Source: Azolla caroliniana | Lineage: Eukaryota; Plantae; Polypodiophyta | DNA length: 64,000 nucleotides | Assembly (NCBI GenBank): GCA_043228905.1 | Contig: JBHGNT010000011.1 | Span: 1,984,001 to 2,048,000, forward strand | Reading direction: 5' to 3' | Part shown: one piece after another, positions 1 through 11,189 of the stretch | Position numbering within the stretch: position 1 is the first letter of the stretch | Layout: each line of letters begins with the position of its first letter | Position numbers and translations under genes: made by a program | The notes under the pieces: generated by a model | Seen by the model: the letters and a program-made list of their open reading frames with translations, nothing else | The model's database searches: none | Told to the model about the DNA's origin: nothing

Positions 1-1
1 G

Positions 2-2890
2 GCAGACTAGATGTTCTTGGCCAGTTGCCACGAAGCCTTTTGGCTGCTCCATATAAATTTCCTCTTCAAGATCACCATGGAGGAAGGCTGTTTTGACATC
101 TAGCTGAATCAGCTCCAAGTTGTCGGCTGCCACTACGCCGAGTAGAAAACGAAGGGTTGTCATTTTCACCACTGGTGAAAAAATCTCGTCGAAGTCGACG
201 CCATATTCTTGTCGGAAGCCCTTCGCAAATAATCTGGCCTTGTACTTTGGGGTGGTCGAATCAGACGTCTCTTTTAGTCGATAGACCCACTTGCAAGGAA
301 GAGCACGTCGATTCTTAGGTAATTCGACCAGATCCCAAGTCTTGTTTGCCCGAATGGAGTGCATTTCCGACTCCATCGCCAGATGCCAGGTGGCTGAATC
401 GACAGATGTCGATGCTTCTTCGTAAGACGTCGGTTCGCCGGCGTCGGTGAAGAAAATTCCAGGAGAATACCTCTCCGGAGGTTGCGACAGTCTTTCGGAT
501 CGTCGAGGTATGATTGGACTGGTCGTATCGGGTATCGAGGTCGGATGGTCCGAAAGCGAATTATTCTGCTGTGCCGAGTCAGAGTTATCCGAGTCGGTGG
601 TGTAAGGTTCAACTACCCGTGAAGCTGACCGTGTGTTAAGAGCGGGGCCTTCTTGAAGGGTCGGCACATCGGAAAATGTTACCCTTCGGACTTCGATCGG
701 TTTTTCGACTGATGGATTCATAGCCGACTCGTTGAACACAACGTCCGAACTTCGAACGATTTGTCTGCGTTCGGGGTCCCAGAGTCGGTATCCCATTTCG
801 TCGTCTGATCCATATCCAAGGAAAATGCATTTCCTGGACCGAGGTGCAAGTTTTCGGCGATCATCTTTCGGAATAAGGGCGTATGCCTCGCATCCGAAGA
901 TCCTCAGCTTGTCGTAATTCGGCTTACTGCCGATCCATAGTTCCTGAGGAATTTGAAGTCCTAGAGGTCTGCTTGGCGACATATTGATTATGTGTACTGC
1001 CGTGAGTAGAGCCTCTGCCCAGAAGCCATCCGACAGTCCGGAGTGTTGGAGCATCGAAACTATCCGTTCTTGGATTGTCCAATTCATGCGTTCTGCAATC
1101 CCGTTTTGCTCCGGACTGTGTGGTGCCGTAAATTCACGTCGGATGCCGCGTTGTCGGCAGAATTTGACGAATTCTTCTGATTTGAACTCTCCCCCATTGT
1201 CGGTCCGAAAGCATTTCAGTTTTCGGTCAGTTTGATTTTCTACCATAGCGAGCCAATCGGAGAAGATCGAGAAGACACGATCTTTGGTGCGAATTGGATA
1301 AGCCCACACCTTTCGAGTCGAATCGTCAATAAAACTGACGAAGTAAGAGGCACCACCGAGAGACTGATGCGGCATTGGGCCACAGACGTCCGAGAAGACT
1401 AAATCGAGAGGTCTCGTTTCTCTTGGTGCTGATGTCGGGTGTGATGCGGCTGCTTGTTTGCCATACTGGCAATGTTCGCAGAATTGATGGTCCGAGAAGG
1501 AGAGTTTAGGGATGTATCCGGCTCTAGATAGGTGCGTAATGCCGGCCTTGCTGAGGTGTCCTAATCTTCTGTGCCATAGTGATGACACAGGAATGTCCAC
1601 CAAAAACAGGTTACCCTCTCTGAGCGTAACATGTAACGGATACATTGAGTGTATCTTTGGTCCTCTAGCAAGCAGGAGGTTCCCCCTGTGGAGTGTCCAC
1701 CCTCCCGAAGAGAAACCGGCACGAATGCCGTCTTCATCTAGTTGTCCGACTGAGATCAATGGCCTTGAGAGCTCGGGTACATGTCGGACATTGTGAAGTA
1801 CAAGTGTAGAGCCACCTGCAAGGTTGAGCTCTACTGTGCCGATTCCAATGATGTCACAGTGTTGCGAGTTGCCAACTCGAACTGAGTCGGAGTGACGGAT
1901 CGTATATTGCCGAAATTGGGATCGATGAGGAGTCACGTGAAATGACGCGCCCGAATCTAAGAGCCATGTGCTCGATTCTTCAGTCGTGAGCAGAACTTCT
2001 GATCCGACTGGATTTTCGATTGATAGTATATTCGGGTCGTTTGGTAGCACATCAGCTGAGAAGCTGACGTAATTGATCTCCTCATGCCGACCACTCTTCT
2101 TGTCCGATTTCTGAGACTTGTCGTTCTTGTTCTTGAGTGCGCGGCAGTCGGCTTTGATGTGTCCGAGTTTCTTGCAATAGTTGCAGATTCGATTATCCCG
2201 TGACTGGCTCCGTCTTCGCGGATTGTTCGGCTGCCGTGAGGAATCTCTTCCTCGTATGTTCGATCGTTCTGTCGAACCTTGTACTACATAAGCGTCGTCT
2301 GTTGAGTCTTTGGCGAAAGACTTTCTCCGAGCTGCTTCGGTCAGGATTGCGCTCGTGACTTCGGAGTATTTAACAGCCGTGGTTGACACGTTGCACACGG
2401 TTGTGACGAAAGTTTCCCATGATGAGGGAAGGCTGCTCATGAGTATCATTGCTCTGAGTTCATCCTCGATTGCCGTCCCCTGAGATGAGATTTGGGAGCT
2501 TATGCTTTCATACTCATTGAGATGTGCTTGAACCGAATCTGATTCTTTCATCCTCAAGTTGTAGAGGCGCCGGATCAGAAACATCTTTGTTGCAGCGACC
2601 TTCTTTTCGTAAGTGTCCGACAGTGTTTTCCACAGTTCGAATGCTGTCGTACACGATTGCACCGTAAAGTATACCGATTCCGATAGGTGCATCCGAATCG
2701 TGGCGCGGACGATTCTGTCCAGCTTCTGCCACTCAATTGGTTTGTATCCTTCTGGAGGTTCTTCATTTTCGATGGGATCGATTTGCCCCTTGACTATGAG
2801 ATAGTCCTGCATTTGCTCCTTCCAGAAGCTGAAGTTCGATCCATCGAACTTTCGTAGACTCATTTCTGACGAGCCGGATGTTGATGCCAT
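2..2890 (-). CDS. copia gag-pol polyprotein, apparently open from the ATG to the window edge (>960 codons)
   Basis: ATG 2890 MASTSGSSEMSLRKFDGSNFSFWKEQM; CNYCKKLGHIKADC knuckle; WLLDSGASFHVT protease; LWHRRLGH and LVFSDVCGP integrase; QLDVKTAFLHGDLEEEIYMEQP RT in the same frame (ATG at 52 is in frame with 2890). Absent from the ORF track, consistent with no in-frame stop. Confidence 0.9.
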   Translation of the reverse strand, partial: MASTSGSSEMSLRKFDGSNFSFWKEQMQDYLIVKGQIDPIENEEPPEGYKPIEWQKLDRIVRATIRMHLSESVYFTVQSCTTAFELWKTLSDTYEKKVAATKMFLIRRLYNLRMKESDSVQAHLNEYESISSQISSQGTAIEDELRAMILMSSLPSSWETFVTTVCNVSTTAVKYSEVTSAILTEAARRKSFAKDSTDDAYVVQGSTERSNIRGRDSSRQPNNPRRRSQSRDNRICNYCKKLGHIKADCRALKNKNDKSQKSDKKSGRHEEINYVSFSADVLPNDPNILSIENPVGSEVLLTTEESSTWLLDSGASFHVTPHRSQFRQYTIRHSDSVRVGNSQHCDIIGIGTVELNLAGGSTLVLHNVRHVPELSRPLISVGQLDEDGIRAGFSSGGWTLHRGNLLLARGPKIHSMYPLHVTLREGNLFLVDIPVSSLWHRRLGHLSKAGITHLSRAGYIPKLSFSDHQFCEHCQYGKQAAASHPTSAPRETRPLDLVFSDVCGPMPHQSLGGASYFVSFIDDSTRKVWAYPIRTKDRVFSIFSDWLAMVENQTDRKLKCFRTDNGGEFKSEEFVKFCRQRGIRREFTAPHSPEQNGIAERMNWTIQERIVSMLQHSGLSDGFWAEALLTAVHIINMSPSRPLGLQIPQELWIGSKPNYDKLRIFGCEAYALIPKDDRRKLAPRSRKCIFLGYGSDDEMGYRLWDPERRQIVRSSDVVFNESAMNPSVEKPIEVRRVTFSDVPTLQEGPALNTRSASRVVEPYTTDSDNSDSAQQNNSLSDHPTSIPDTTSPIIPRRSERLSQPPERYSPGIFFTDAGEPTSYEEASTSVDSATWHLAMESEMHSIRANKTWDLVELPKNRRALPCKWVYRLKETSDSTTPKYKARLFAKGFRQEYGVDFDEIFSPVVKMTTLRFLLGVVAADNLELIQLDVKTAFLHGDLEEEIYMEQPKGFVATGQEHLVC

Positions 2891-3575
2891 CAAATTTGGT
2901 TTCGGTTGACGAAGCTCGGTTCAGAGTTGACTACGAACCTTGTTGGAGTGCAGCCGGTTGGCTCACCCGATATCGTTCTAGTCGGATTTGAACCCGAGTC
3001 GGTTCGGCTTCGGATATATGTATTGTTGAACTTGCTCGAATTTACTCCGGTAACTTGAGGGACAAAACCGACTGGTCTTCCCGAATGTTGCCGAGTCGGA
3101 GTGAGCCCGGTTCGCTTCCGAATATATATGCCAAATACCGATTATTGAAACCGATTGTCTGGACCGATTCTGCTTCGGGTGACTGCAGCGACGAGAGAGA
3201 CGGATCCAACTGATCCTCCCGAATGTCGATCAGCCGGATGAAGCACGAATTTGGGTTGTTGTCTTGAGACCGATCTGCACCGAGTGGTTATAATGAGCGG
3301 CGAGCAGCGTTTGATGACCTCTTCGGATGCCGTTTAACCGAGTGGCGCACGATCGTGTCAATGTTGCACAAGGGGATTTCACCTCGAGCGGTTACGATCA
3401 CAAGGAACAGAGTACAACCGGCTGGCTTACTCCAAGCGAAGATGATCTAACGCGATGAGATGCAAGCCTCGTTTTTCGTCTTCTCTCTTCTTCGAATGAC
3501 GCAAGAAACCGAATGTTGTGCAGGCTGAGACGATGGCCGACAGCGGGTTGAAGGACCGAATGCTCTGATACCAGA

Positions 3576-3883
3576 TGTTGGAGAGAAAGGTCGTCAGTGC
3601 GGAAGATCAAATAGCATTCGATTGGGGTTGATACCTGCGTATGACAGTTTCTGAGATCGTGCACAGAGAGAGAGAGAGAGAGAGACACAAAGGAGTCTTT
3701 CTATTCAATAGAAACAATAATACAACCAACAATACAAACAACCCCCTCAAAGAGGTTACAATGTCACTTTATATAGTGACCGACTTAGGGCAACTACCAT
3801 TTATGTTAATTGCACAAATGGCCCAAACTTAAGCTATACAAAGGGATAGTGTGAATACGTCCATTATACACTTGTATTCGACA
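3576..3883 (-). repeat. 5' LTR of copia A (~308 bp)
   Basis: TG...CA inverted termini, adjacent PBS, TATA-like tttatata near 3768, (GA)n 3665-3685. Confidence 0.85.
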
Positions 3884-4846
3884 CCGCTAGCCATCTATCT
3901 TCAGGTATGTCCCTCATCTGCATTTCAGATTAACACGTGGCATTCTTTCCGCCGAACCGGCCTATCTTGCCGACTGTTGCCTCTATAGCCCTGTCGAGGG
4001 CACTCGCGCCCTTGCGAGCACTAACTAGGCGGTCTACCGCCGCCGCCATCGCTTCTGCAAGTTCGTTTCCTCTCATCTCCAGATTCCTTTGCTGCCCTTC
4101 TTCACGTCGGGTTCACCAAAGATGTCGAGGATGTCCTCGTGGATGCGTAGAAGTCAGGCAAGACCACAGGGGTTTCGAACCAAGGAATCAAGAAAGCGAG
4201 GAGGGAGGAGTTTGGGGATCACATAGGTCTTGAGAACACGGGGAAGCGGGTAAGTCTAGCGAACGAGAGAGAGTAAGAGAGTCACGCGTAGACACAGACA
4301 CGGACAAAGACACTCAGAACAAAGTATGTTAGGTAGCAAGAGTTCTATTAAAACATACTTGCACGATGTTGTGAGCGGTTATAGCCGAGTCAGAGCCGGT
4401 GATGGAGCGCGGAGCTTTGGCAAACAGCTAGGTACAAAGAGACGTCGGTGCGCAGAAGGTCGATCCCCGGGTTGGGAGCACTCGAGTGTCTGACGCGAGG
4501 AGGGGAAGTGCCTTCTTCCTCGGTCAGTCCTCGGCCGTTCTTTCTGTATCCTTTCCTCTAGATGGCCCCTTGAAGACAGTCAAAGGTCGCCCCTTTTATA
4601 GCACACGGATCGACTATTACAAGCATTCATGACCCATCACTTTTTCGTCCTAGATTCTCTCCTCGTAACTCTCCCTACTTATGCGATATCTATATCTTCT
4701 TTAATGCTCTAACTACCTAGTACCCCTCCTTATACTCATGCTTAGTAGTTATCCTATTTAATTCCCCTCGAGGCGTGCACTCGTGTATACCGATATTCCT
4801 GCGCGTTTCACCTTGTTTCCGCTTATGGCCCGGAATCTTCACGACA
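3884..4846 (-). mobile_element. partial LTR or 5' end of a TGTCGTGAAGA-type gypsy element, interrupted by copia A
   Basis: Ends in atcttcacgaca at 4846, the same terminus as the gypsy LTR end at 11117; TATA-like ttttatag near 4595. Confidence 0.6.
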
Positions 4847-6440
4847 TCGTGTCCCCAAAGCACCTAGTACATTTGTTGATTATGTAATGCTATCAAATGT
4901 TGGTGAGGCTTCATGTTATAATGAAGCCATATCTATTTATGATCATGCTAAATGGAAACAAATGATGCACAATGAGTTGGACAGCATCCATAGTTATGGA
5001 ATTTGGGGTTTAGTGCCTTTGCCAAAAAGAAGGAAAGCACTACCATGTAAATGGGTCTATAAGTACAAATACACATCTAATAGTGTTGATCCCAAGTATA
5101 AAGCTCGCATTGTGGCAAAAGGTTTTTAACAAGAACAAGGAGTTTATTTCTATAAAATCTTCTCTTCGATAGTCAAGATGACTACGTTATACATGATGCT
5201 TGGATTGGTTGCCAAAAATGATATTGATTTATTCAAATGGATGTAAAAACAGCCCTTTCCCATGGAGATCTCGATGAAGAGATCTATATGGAGCAACCAA
5301 AGGGTTTTGAAGTTTATGGGAAAATGCCTTTGGTATGTAAACTTAAGAAAAGTTTATATGGTCTTAAGCAATCACCGCGAAAATGGTATAAAAAATTCGA
5401 TGATTTTATGAGGTCTAAAAGTTATGCTAGGAGTAATGAAGATTCATGCTTATATACGAAGAATTGTATAGATGACTCATTTGTGATTTTGATACTCTAT
5501 GGAGATGACATGCGCATCGCCGGTAAGAACAAGGATGAGATGTCCAAACTAAAGAAAAATCTGAGTCAAACCTTCTATATGAAAGATTTGGGAAATGCTA
5601 AACACATCCTTGGAATGTGTATTACTTAGGATAGGAGTAATGGATGTATTTATTTGTCTCAATCTAAGTATGTATGCACAATACTTAGAGTACTCCATTA
5701 TCTATGCATGTTAAATTGAGCAAAGATGAATGCCCCAAATCTGATCATGAAAAGGAGTTCATGAGTAAAATTCCTTACCAATCTATTGTTGGTAGTCTTA
5801 TGTACGCTATGATTGATAGCAACTAGGCTAGACATTGCTTTTGCAGTGGGAGCTGTGAGTAGATTTTTGTCAAACCCTGGTAAGAAACATTGGGAGGCAG
5901 TTAAAATGATTTTAAGATATCTAAGTGGCACCAAGAATAAGTGTCTATGTTTAGGTGGCGGAAACGTATCCATTATAGGATATACAAACACTGATTATGT
6001 TGGCTGTTCTGACAATAGAAAATCCACTTTAGGGTATATTTTTCAGTTTATGGGAGGTGGTTTAGGGTTTAGGGTTTAGGCATTGACGAAAAACCCAGTA
6101 TACCATGCAAAGACTAAGAACATTGGAGTGTGGTATCACTTTATTCAAGAATGCATAGTTGTTGGCTACATCAGTCTTAAGAAAGTTGTCTCTCAAGAAA
6201 ATGCTTCAAATGCATTTACTAAAGCTCTACCGCATGATGCGCTAGAGCATTCTGTCAGTTGATGGGAATTACTTAGCTCATCAGGTTACACATTGTTTTA
6301 TGTATATTGTGTAACATGTTCATCAAGTAGGATGTGTAGGTCTTGGGCAATCTTCCCATCAGCTTTGATGATCCCTTGTTTGGCCTTCAGTGGGAGATTG
6401 ATAGATAGTGAGAAAGGCCAAAAAGGTAAATTCTCACTAT
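4847..6440 (+). pseudogene. degenerate Ty1/copia RT-RNaseH, PPT and LTR stub
   Basis: KWVYKYK..YKARIVAKGF, MDVKTA.SHGDLDEEIYMEQP, LYGDDM, KNPVYHAKTK with stops and frameshifts; PPT agtgggagat 6389-6398 followed by TG. Confidence 0.9.
6059..6080 (+). repeat. interstitial plant telomeric repeat (TTTAGGG)x3
   Basis: GG-TTTAGGG-TTTAGGG-TTTAGG inside the copia RNaseH coding sequence. Confidence 0.85.
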
Positions 6441-6444
6441 TTAT

Positions 6445-6815
6445 CAATGAAGCACTCATTTCGACTTCAAGATTACATATCGTCCGGGCACACGATAGGG
6501 GAACGCAGATGCATTATCACAACGCTCGTATCTAGCTCCTCATCCTGGTGATCTCACCTTCGACAATCAAAAGCAAGTAATCATGGGTCCAGCACAACTT
6601 CAAGAAACATGAGTTTTTGACACTTAATTGGATTCCCACATTATCGATACCATACGTGAAGATTTGACGACAAATGTTTTTGCTCAAGCTATTCTATTTC
6701 AAATCGATCACTCTCGAGCATCTTGTTCATGGTCACAACAACCAGGTACACATTATCGACAATTCAAAAGTCATGGTGGTTTACTCTTCTTTAAGAAACT
6801 TTTGTTTATTAAATA
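6445..6815 (+). pseudogene. Ty3/gypsy RNaseH-integrase junction fragment
   Basis: HFDFKITYRPG..GNADALS motif typical of the gypsy RNaseH end. Confidence 0.65.
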
Positions 6816-7049
6816 GAGGTACGTGGCATTATTAAGAACCAATTCGGTTCAACGTCAGTCTTAAGCCTCCTAGTTGTTCTTGCATCTTTCTTCATATAAT
6901 AATATATACTTCCTATTGTCATCATTCTCTCTCTCTCTCTCTGTTCCCCATGATTCTCACACACTCTTTCCCTTCTTAGTACTAATTCTCATTCTTCTCC
7001 TCTATCTTTAGTACTAATTCTCCTTGCCTCTAGTACTATCCTTGACTTC

Positions 7050-7460
7050 TATTGGATGCGAAGCACTTCCAGTTGGGAGTAAAATGGAATGACGCTCCAG
7101 AGTCGACCACCCACGTTGTTTTGTCACTTACAAGATGTAGCTCGCTCTCCTCGATGATGAGCAACAATTCTTCTTCTCTTGTCACAATTGCTGACATTCC
7201 ATTCGGATCCGAAATCTTCTTCGATTCGGAACCGTCAGCTCGCCCTTTGACTTTTCGGAAGTGTCGGTTGTTCTTTTGGAAATGCCCTGGTTTCCCACAG
7301 TAGAAACAGGTGGGCCTCCCCCTTGACGTGACCTCATCCCCGATTTGTCTTGGTTCTGAGAACTCCGATTCCGGCCTCTTCCCCGTTGTGTGTCGGTTTC
7401 GATAACTAGGGCTTTTGAGTCGAAGATCACCTCCTTACAAGTCTTTCTGACCCGGCGTTG
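7050..7460 (-). pseudogene. copia family-B gag/protease fragment
   Basis: CFYCGKPGHFQKNNR knuckle and WVVDSGASFH protease; similar to 22950-23340 and 61900-62100. Confidence 0.8.
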
Positions 7461-7469
7461 CCCAAAGTG

Positions 7470-9025
7470 ACAACTAACGTGGGAACTGAGCAGCAACAAC
7501 GCGAGCACCTCGCCGGTGGGGCAGCATCAGTATCAACAATAACCTCGCGATGAGGCCGCACCACCACCCAAGCTCGTGGTTCCACCCACAACAGAAAAAG
7601 GTGAGTCCAGTCTACATTGTTTTATTTGTCAATTGCCACGAGATTACGCAACTCAGTGCCCACAACGCGATAAAGGCAAGGGATCAAACATGAATATGAT
7701 CACGGCAGACGCGATGAGCCCGCGCCACCACTTACGCCCGTGGCTCCACCCACAATAGAAAAAGGTGAGTCCAGTCTACATTGTTTTATCTGTCAACAGC
7801 CAGGACATTACATGACTCGATGCCCGTAACGTGATAAAGGTAAGGGATTGGCAATGAATATGATCACGATGGAGGTACAACAAGTGACCACCCATAGCCA
7901 GTCGAAGACAACTGAGTGGGAAATGCAAGATGACATAAGAAAAGCTACAAAAGCGTGGGTAGACAAAGCCAATGAGGTTAACATTAATTGCATGCATCAA
8001 GGCGCAGCAGTCGAGGCAACATCGTCCCATACAAAGGATACTATGACGGAGGAGGATCCGGTATGGCAGGCCGTCACGGACTGCCATATCACCCTAACAA
8101 TGAACAAACTGTTAAATTTGGTCCCTCCATTCCGGCAAGCCATGGAGACACGCATGCGTAATATAGACCGAGTAATGATTCTTGCCAATTTTGCCGAATC
8201 TATTATAGGGTCGGCCGCGATGGATCACCATAACCTAGCCATTAACGTTATTCTACAAGGGGAAGAAATCTCGAAGTGCATGGTTGATGGAGGTTCGGGA
8301 CTAAACGCCATTAGCAAGCCACTTGCAACTGCCTCGGTATTACGGAGTGGGAAGTGTGCCCATTCTCGCTCCACATGGTGGATATATGATCCGTCCTACC
8401 ACTGGGTCTACTCCGAAAGTTAAAGATCGCGATAGACGGTCATACATTCGAGATATCGGCCGTCATATTAGCCCTAGACACACCTGGTGCTTACCCCCTA
8501 CTATTAGGATGCCCATGGCTACGCTCAGCAAACATTAAGCAGAATTGGTAGCACGACAACATCAATTTTCGGTGAGGCCGAGCCTAGGTTCGGGTGCCGA
8601 CACAGGAGAGCAACCCACCCACAAAAGTTATGACTCCACTTTACCTCGAAGAAGTGCACATGCTCGAGGGGTTAGACGGTGAGGAGTTGGAAACTTATCT
8701 GGAAGAGAACCCCCAAATCATGCCATTGTTCGAGATTGATGTCATCGAGACGGCTAGAGTGTACACCACACTGGGAACAACAAGCGTCGAGGAGTGCGAA
8801 CCAGATACGGAGGCCCTCATGGAACTCCAGAGGGCACAAGATGCATTCGACCGAGAAATGGAAATCTCTAGATGCATCACGACATCAACCTTAGAGGAAA
8901 TGAATGTTGCATCAGCCTTCCGACGCATCGCGTCCCCTCTCCATAGAGAAGAACTTACCGCCTTCGAACAAGGTGTTCATGATCGACCTATTACATGAAT
9001 ATAAAGGTGTATTCGCATGGTCGCG
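7470..9025 (+). pseudogene. Ty3/gypsy gag-protease-preRT fragment (Athila/Tat-like)
   Basis: Duplicated CFICQQPGHYMTRCP knuckle, MVDGGSGLNAIS protease, LLHEYKGVFAWS pre-RT motif. Confidence 0.75.
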
Positions 9026-9029
9026 TGAG

Positions 9030-9600
9030 TGTCGTGTGTATATAAAACCCAATAAGCTTTATGGTGATTCGAACCCATGACCTCCTCAAAGAAAGCATAT
9101 AACCCCAACCATTAGGATACATCATATTGTATATATTAAATTCTATTATATTAATAGGAAATATATATAATAATATTGCATAGACTAGCGCATGATTGCC
9201 AAGTGGCATGCTTGCATGAATGCCAAGTGGCGATCATGCGTGCCTATGAGGTGGCGAACATGCATGTATCCAAGCCATGCTATATAAACATGTATTTGAG
9301 TATTGATGAACCATTTTGGTTCGACGCCAGTCTTCAGCATATTCTTGTAAACCTTGCTCTTGTTGTTAATGGGTGAAAGCATGCGAGTGGATCGAGAGTT
9401 AACTCAGTTGCCACCACTATTTGGCCCTGGATTACCGCCATTGTTCGGTCTTGGATTTAAATAACTATTCTGTCTATTGATTATCTTGTGTATTGTTGTG
9501 TATAATCTTGTGTATTGGAATATTTTTGTGTATTGTTGTTGCCCATAGCCATCTTTAATACATGTTCTTTTTTCGGCAAAATTAGGGTTTAAACCCATCA
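9030..9600 (+). mobile_element. truncated LTR with TGTCGTG terminus carrying a tRNA-like cassette
   Basis: Begins tgtcgtg at 9030 where the gypsy pol breaks; TATA ctatataaa ~9280; A/B-box cassette 9064-9117 on the minus strand; right end uncertain. Confidence 0.55.
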
Positions 9601-9698
9601 AGCCAAATGGAAGGGGAAGGAGGGTGTTTAGAATTACCCCTCAATCATCATCAAGATAGGGATGACGCTATCATGACACAACAAGCAATACGAATGTA

Positions 9699-10174
9699 TT
9701 GGGCGGAAAAAAGAAAAGAAAACATCGTCAATTGTTGAACGATACGAAAGCCACACTCACTAAAGGTAAAGATAGTATTGGTTGCGATATAGGTCTAAAT
9801 AACACTGAGAATGGAAGTAATGAGACTACTATCATAGAGAAAAAGGTTGTAGACTATTTCAATGTTCAAACCAAGCACATCAGCAATGAAGACAAGAAGG
9901 TAGTACTTTATGGAATATTAAATAATCCATCGATAAAGGAGTTAGTTCATTGTGATGGTCTTAATGCAAACATAACATCTATACTAGTAAATAATCTCCG
10001 TAATAGTTTCGTATCCATGAGCAGGTTAGAAGATGATCTTGTCTTAAAAAGGTCTAGTCTAATGATGTTACTTAATAGTGATGTTGACGATATTAACATC
10101 AGTGTGCTATCTAAGGTAATTGGTGTTAGTAAAAAAAGTGTGTACAATACATTGAACCAGATAGTTTCCTCGGG
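9699..10174 (+). pseudogene. truncated ORF with basic N-terminus and HTH-like motif, possibly DNA-transposon derived
   Basis: GGKKKRKHR; NISVLSKVIGVSKKSVYNTL resembles a helix-turn-helix; fused at 10175 to the truncated gypsy LTR. Confidence 0.35.
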
Positions 10175-11117
10175 TGAACTTTTAACTTTAGATTTAAGAA
10201 ACAAGTTACACGATCAATTTCATAACGAATTTCTTCCTCTTAATTTCATAATAAAAAAAACGTGTTTTTTCTCCTCCCCCTTCCTTCTTTTATAGATGCT
10301 CCCATGCATATGATGCATGTGAGGGTACAACACATGCATAAATTGCATGTTTGCCATTTGGCGCTTATGTATTACATGTGGTGCATGATAACCATGTCAC
10401 TCATTTTAGCTCTCATGTATGAGAATTTACATGTAAAAGTACAATGATAGAAATATAATTTCAACTAAATAGCATGGCTTAATGGTAAGCCAATTCACTC
10501 CTAACTTGGAGGTGCAAGGTTCGAATCCTTACTTGCCCTCCTTGTATATGTATATATCTATATATATTTATATATTTATTTATCTAGTCGCCGGACGCCG
10601 GTTCGTCGGATGCCGTCGGTTACCGGTGCCTCGCCGGATGCCGTCGTCTCACCGGTGCCGCCGCCGGATGCCATCGCCGGATATCGTCGATTACCGGTGC
10701 CTCGCCGGATCACCGGCTCCATCGCCGGTCCGGTTTTGGTTGGCCAAAACCCTTTACGAGTAGCTAGCCCACCTCCACTCTTAGTTCAAGTTACCTTGAA
10801 CTCTTTATGCTCCACACATAGACACAAAGATAATATCTTTTGCTCTACGTTATATATGATGAGAGCCGTATTTGTCGTGCCTATGTGGGATATCTCACAA
10901 TTTTCTCTTTTCCTTTCACAATCTTTATAACCTCATATCTTGACATTTAGTTGTCCGTTTCTCGTGTAATAAAGTGCATTCGAAACCTCCATCATTTTGT
11001 ACTTAGATATTAAATTTATTTAAAATGTTATGTTCACAATTATTGTATTATGTGATTTATACTCGATTTCGTACGTTTTATGGGATTTTCACACTATTGC
11101 CGAAAATCTTCACGACA
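10175..11117 (-). repeat. 3' LTR of the gypsy element, truncated
   Basis: Matches 17095-18059; ends tcttcacgaca next to the PPT. Confidence 0.9.
10472..10537 (+). promoter_or_regulatory. tRNA-like Pol III A-box/B-box cassette inside the gypsy LTR (second copy 17393-17458)
   Basis: A-box TGGCTTAATGG 10475-10485 in a TGGCTT/AAGCCA stem; B-box GGTTCGAATCC 10518-10528 in an AAGG/CCTT stem with a 7-nt loop. Confidence 0.65.
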
Positions 11118-11189
11118 TCCACCCCCACCAAACCGCACGTCCTCCAGTACGTGCCAAGAAGAGAGAAAGTGAGATTTCGGCTACGATGA

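Larger units (their letters stand above)
1..3883 (-). mobile_element. Ty1/copia LTR retrotransposon A (5' LTR, leader, gag-pol; runs off the left edge)
   Basis: LTR 3576-3883 bounded by TGTTG...CGACA; tRNA-iMet PBS (gctctgatacca, 3562-3573) 2 nt from the LTR; domain order gag-PR-INT-RT downstream. Confidence 0.95.

Noticed and set aside
274-2804. Many short ORFs on both strands in the ORF track
   Set aside because: Shadow ORFs of the GC-rich copia gag-pol frame
10472-10537. Functional tRNA gene
   Set aside because: Acceptor stem and anticodon arm are non-canonical and it lies inside an LTR; reported only as tRNA-like
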